A stretch of 27,934 nucleotides of DNA from a virus. Lineage: Duplodnaviria; Caudoviricetes. Each line of letters begins with the position of its first letter. Within the stretch, counting starts at the first letter, position 1. The position numbers were made by a program, and so were the translations under genes. This document shows positions 26,615 to 27,934 of this stretch, one piece after another. The notes under the pieces were generated by a model, which searched no databases, had not been told where the DNA came from, and saw only the letters and a list, made by a program, of their open reading frames with translations. The DNA lies in IMG/VR virus record IMGVR_UViG_3300032308_002491, positions 1 to 27,934 of that record, one strand, 5' to 3'.

Positions 26615-26657
26615 TGCCCCGGGTGCGTCGTTTTGCATCTATCAGCCTGACGGGGCA
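26615..26657. terminator. Possible stem-loop between convergent genes
   Basis: TGCCCCG (26615-26621) pairs with CGGGGCA (26651-26657); GC-rich island in AT-rich context; no clear U-tract. Confidence 0.3.
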
Positions 26658-26872
26658 ACTATCAATTCTTTAAAATGTGCAACGTCCCACGTGTAATAAA
26701 CAGTCAAATGACCGCGAGTTTGCTCATACCGTTTGCTTTTGGCGTATTTGAACATCGCCCAACGAACTCCTTGGTGTGTTTTGCCTGAAATTTTCATTAA
26801 ATCTTTTACTGTATACTCACCCTCGGGTAAGTCTAAAAGCCATTGTGCTGGCGGTCTTCCCATTTTGCTCAT
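26642..26872 (-). CDS. Small putative winged-HTH DNA-binding protein
   Basis: GRPP N-terminus, YTVKDLMKISGKTHQGVRWAM helix-turn-helix-like segment and a C-terminal beta hairpin. Confidence 0.5.
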   Translation of the reverse strand: MSKMGRPPAQWLLDLPEGEYTVKDLMKISGKTHQGVRWAMFKYAKSKRYEQTRGHLTVYYTWDVAHFKELIVAPSG

Positions 26873-27492
26873 ATTTTACCCATGATGTAGTTTTGTATTT
26901 CGTGGAGAATTTCTATCTGAAAAGCTGACACAGTTTTAAATGCAGTGCGCAACCGAAAACAGAAAAATTTGGCATCAAAATTTTCAAATGAGTTTGGCAA
27001 TATTTTAAAAATAAGATGAGAACGATTTTTATTGCAAGTTTCTGAATTTAAAAGTCTTTGATAAAACTTGAGTGTGTCTTTATTTAAATTGTCAATTTCA
27101 ATCTTAATTTGTTGGATTAACCATTCCACATCAGATTTAAAATAACCTGTTGCTTCTTTTGGTGAATAATAAATATTATTCGTTATCACATCGTAAGTTT
27201 TTATGTATTCAATAAATTTTTCGATAAAAACTGTGCCAAAAGTTGTGAGTTTTTTGTCAGTAATTGTATTCAATGATAAAACAAAACGAAAATTTTTATT
27301 TTGTTTGAGATTTTCAAGTCTATTTTGTTCGAAATAATCCACAGAAAACAAAATATCTTCAACCAAATCATGGTAAATAAATGTTGCCTCTTTTGTTTCT
27401 GTTGTTTCAAATAATTCTGTGAGTGCATCAGAACAAATAAGAGATGCAATAAAGGCTGTTGGGGATATGTTGTCCTTGTTATTTGTTGTCAT
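26869..27492 (-). CDS. Hypothetical protein (paralogue of the adjacent upstream gene)
   Basis: 207 aa, coupled to neighbours by ATGA overlaps. Confidence 0.65.
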   Translation of the reverse strand: MTTNNKDNISPTAFIASLICSDALTELFETTETKEATFIYHDLVEDILFSVDYFEQNRLENLKQNKNFRFVLSLNTITDKKLTTFGTVFIEKFIEYIKTYDVITNNIYYSPKEATGYFKSDVEWLIQQIKIEIDNLNKDTLKFYQRLLNSETCNKNRSHLIFKILPNSFENFDAKFFCFRLRTAFKTVSAFQIEILHEIQNYIMGKI

Positions 27493-27934
27493 AAATTCTC
27501 GCTTATTCTGTGGTCAATGTAATTAATAATAACTTTGATAAAGTCTGCGTTCATTGTTTTGTTGTTAATAGAATTAATGATATTATCCATAAAGTCTGCA
27601 CGCTGTGCATACATAAGCGGCAATTGTGGGTCAAGCATTCGGCTACAAAAAAATTGAATTTTAAAATCATCATAAAAATTTTCAATTAAATTTCTAAAAA
27701 TTAAAATAATTTTAGCTAAAGATGGTGAGTTTTCTTCAAATAATTCTTTAAATTTTTTTAGGACTGTTGCATCCAACAAATTAATTTGAATTAAGAAGTG
27801 ATTAAGCATTGATAACATATCCCGCTGCAAGTAACCGATTCGAGCTTTTGGGACGTAAAGTTTATTAATTCTTGGGTCTTTTGTAGTAAAAGAAATTTTA
27901 TTATCAATTAAATAAGTGTCTGATGCCGTAATAG
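27489..27934 (-). CDS. Hypothetical protein, 5'-truncated by the window (paralogue of 26869-27492)
   Basis: The frame has no stop from 27830 to the window end, and similarity to the paralogue extends upstream of the TTG used in the ORF track. Confidence 0.65.
   Translation of the reverse strand, partial: ITASDTYLIDNKISFTTKDPRINKLYVPKARIGYLQRDMLSMLNHFLIQINLLDATVLKKFKELFEENSPSLAKIILIFRNLIENFYDDFKIQFFCSRMLDPQLPLMYAQRADFMDNIINSINNKTMNADFIKVIINYIDHRISENL

Noticed and set aside
1-27934. Integrase, partition ATPase, major capsid protein, tRNA, reverse transcriptase or stop-codon reassignment
   Set aside because: No supporting motifs were seen, and genes are full length under the standard code. The missing genes may lie outside the window.

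Overview
AT-rich segment of a tailed dsDNA phage genome, most likely podovirus-type, with an embedded plasmid-type replicon. 1-11943 (+ strand) is a virion morphogenesis operon: tail-fibre chaperone fragment, fibre-like protein, putative adaptor, 997-aa nozzle/tail-tube-like protein, portal and four Gln/Asn/Ala/Gly-rich putative ejection proteins. No major capsid gene is visible in the window. 11944-13887 is an iteron origin: an AT-rich tract, six tandem 23-bp direct repeats and tandem 13-mers, followed by a TrfA (RK2/IncP-type) replication initiator. 13879-25698 (mostly - strand) encodes oligoribonuclease, RuvC-like resolvase, RecE-like exonuclease, putative SSB, family A DNA polymerase (Leu762 variant), dATP/dGTP diphosphohydrolase-like protein, M15 peptidase, SF3 helicase, a degenerate HNH-AP2 protein, terminase and several hypotheticals. 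The right end holds a methyltransferase lacking motif IV, a small HTH-like protein and a pair of paralogous unknown genes. Best overall interpretation: a phage-plasmid with two replication systems. All calls come from manual motif reading; no database searches were run.
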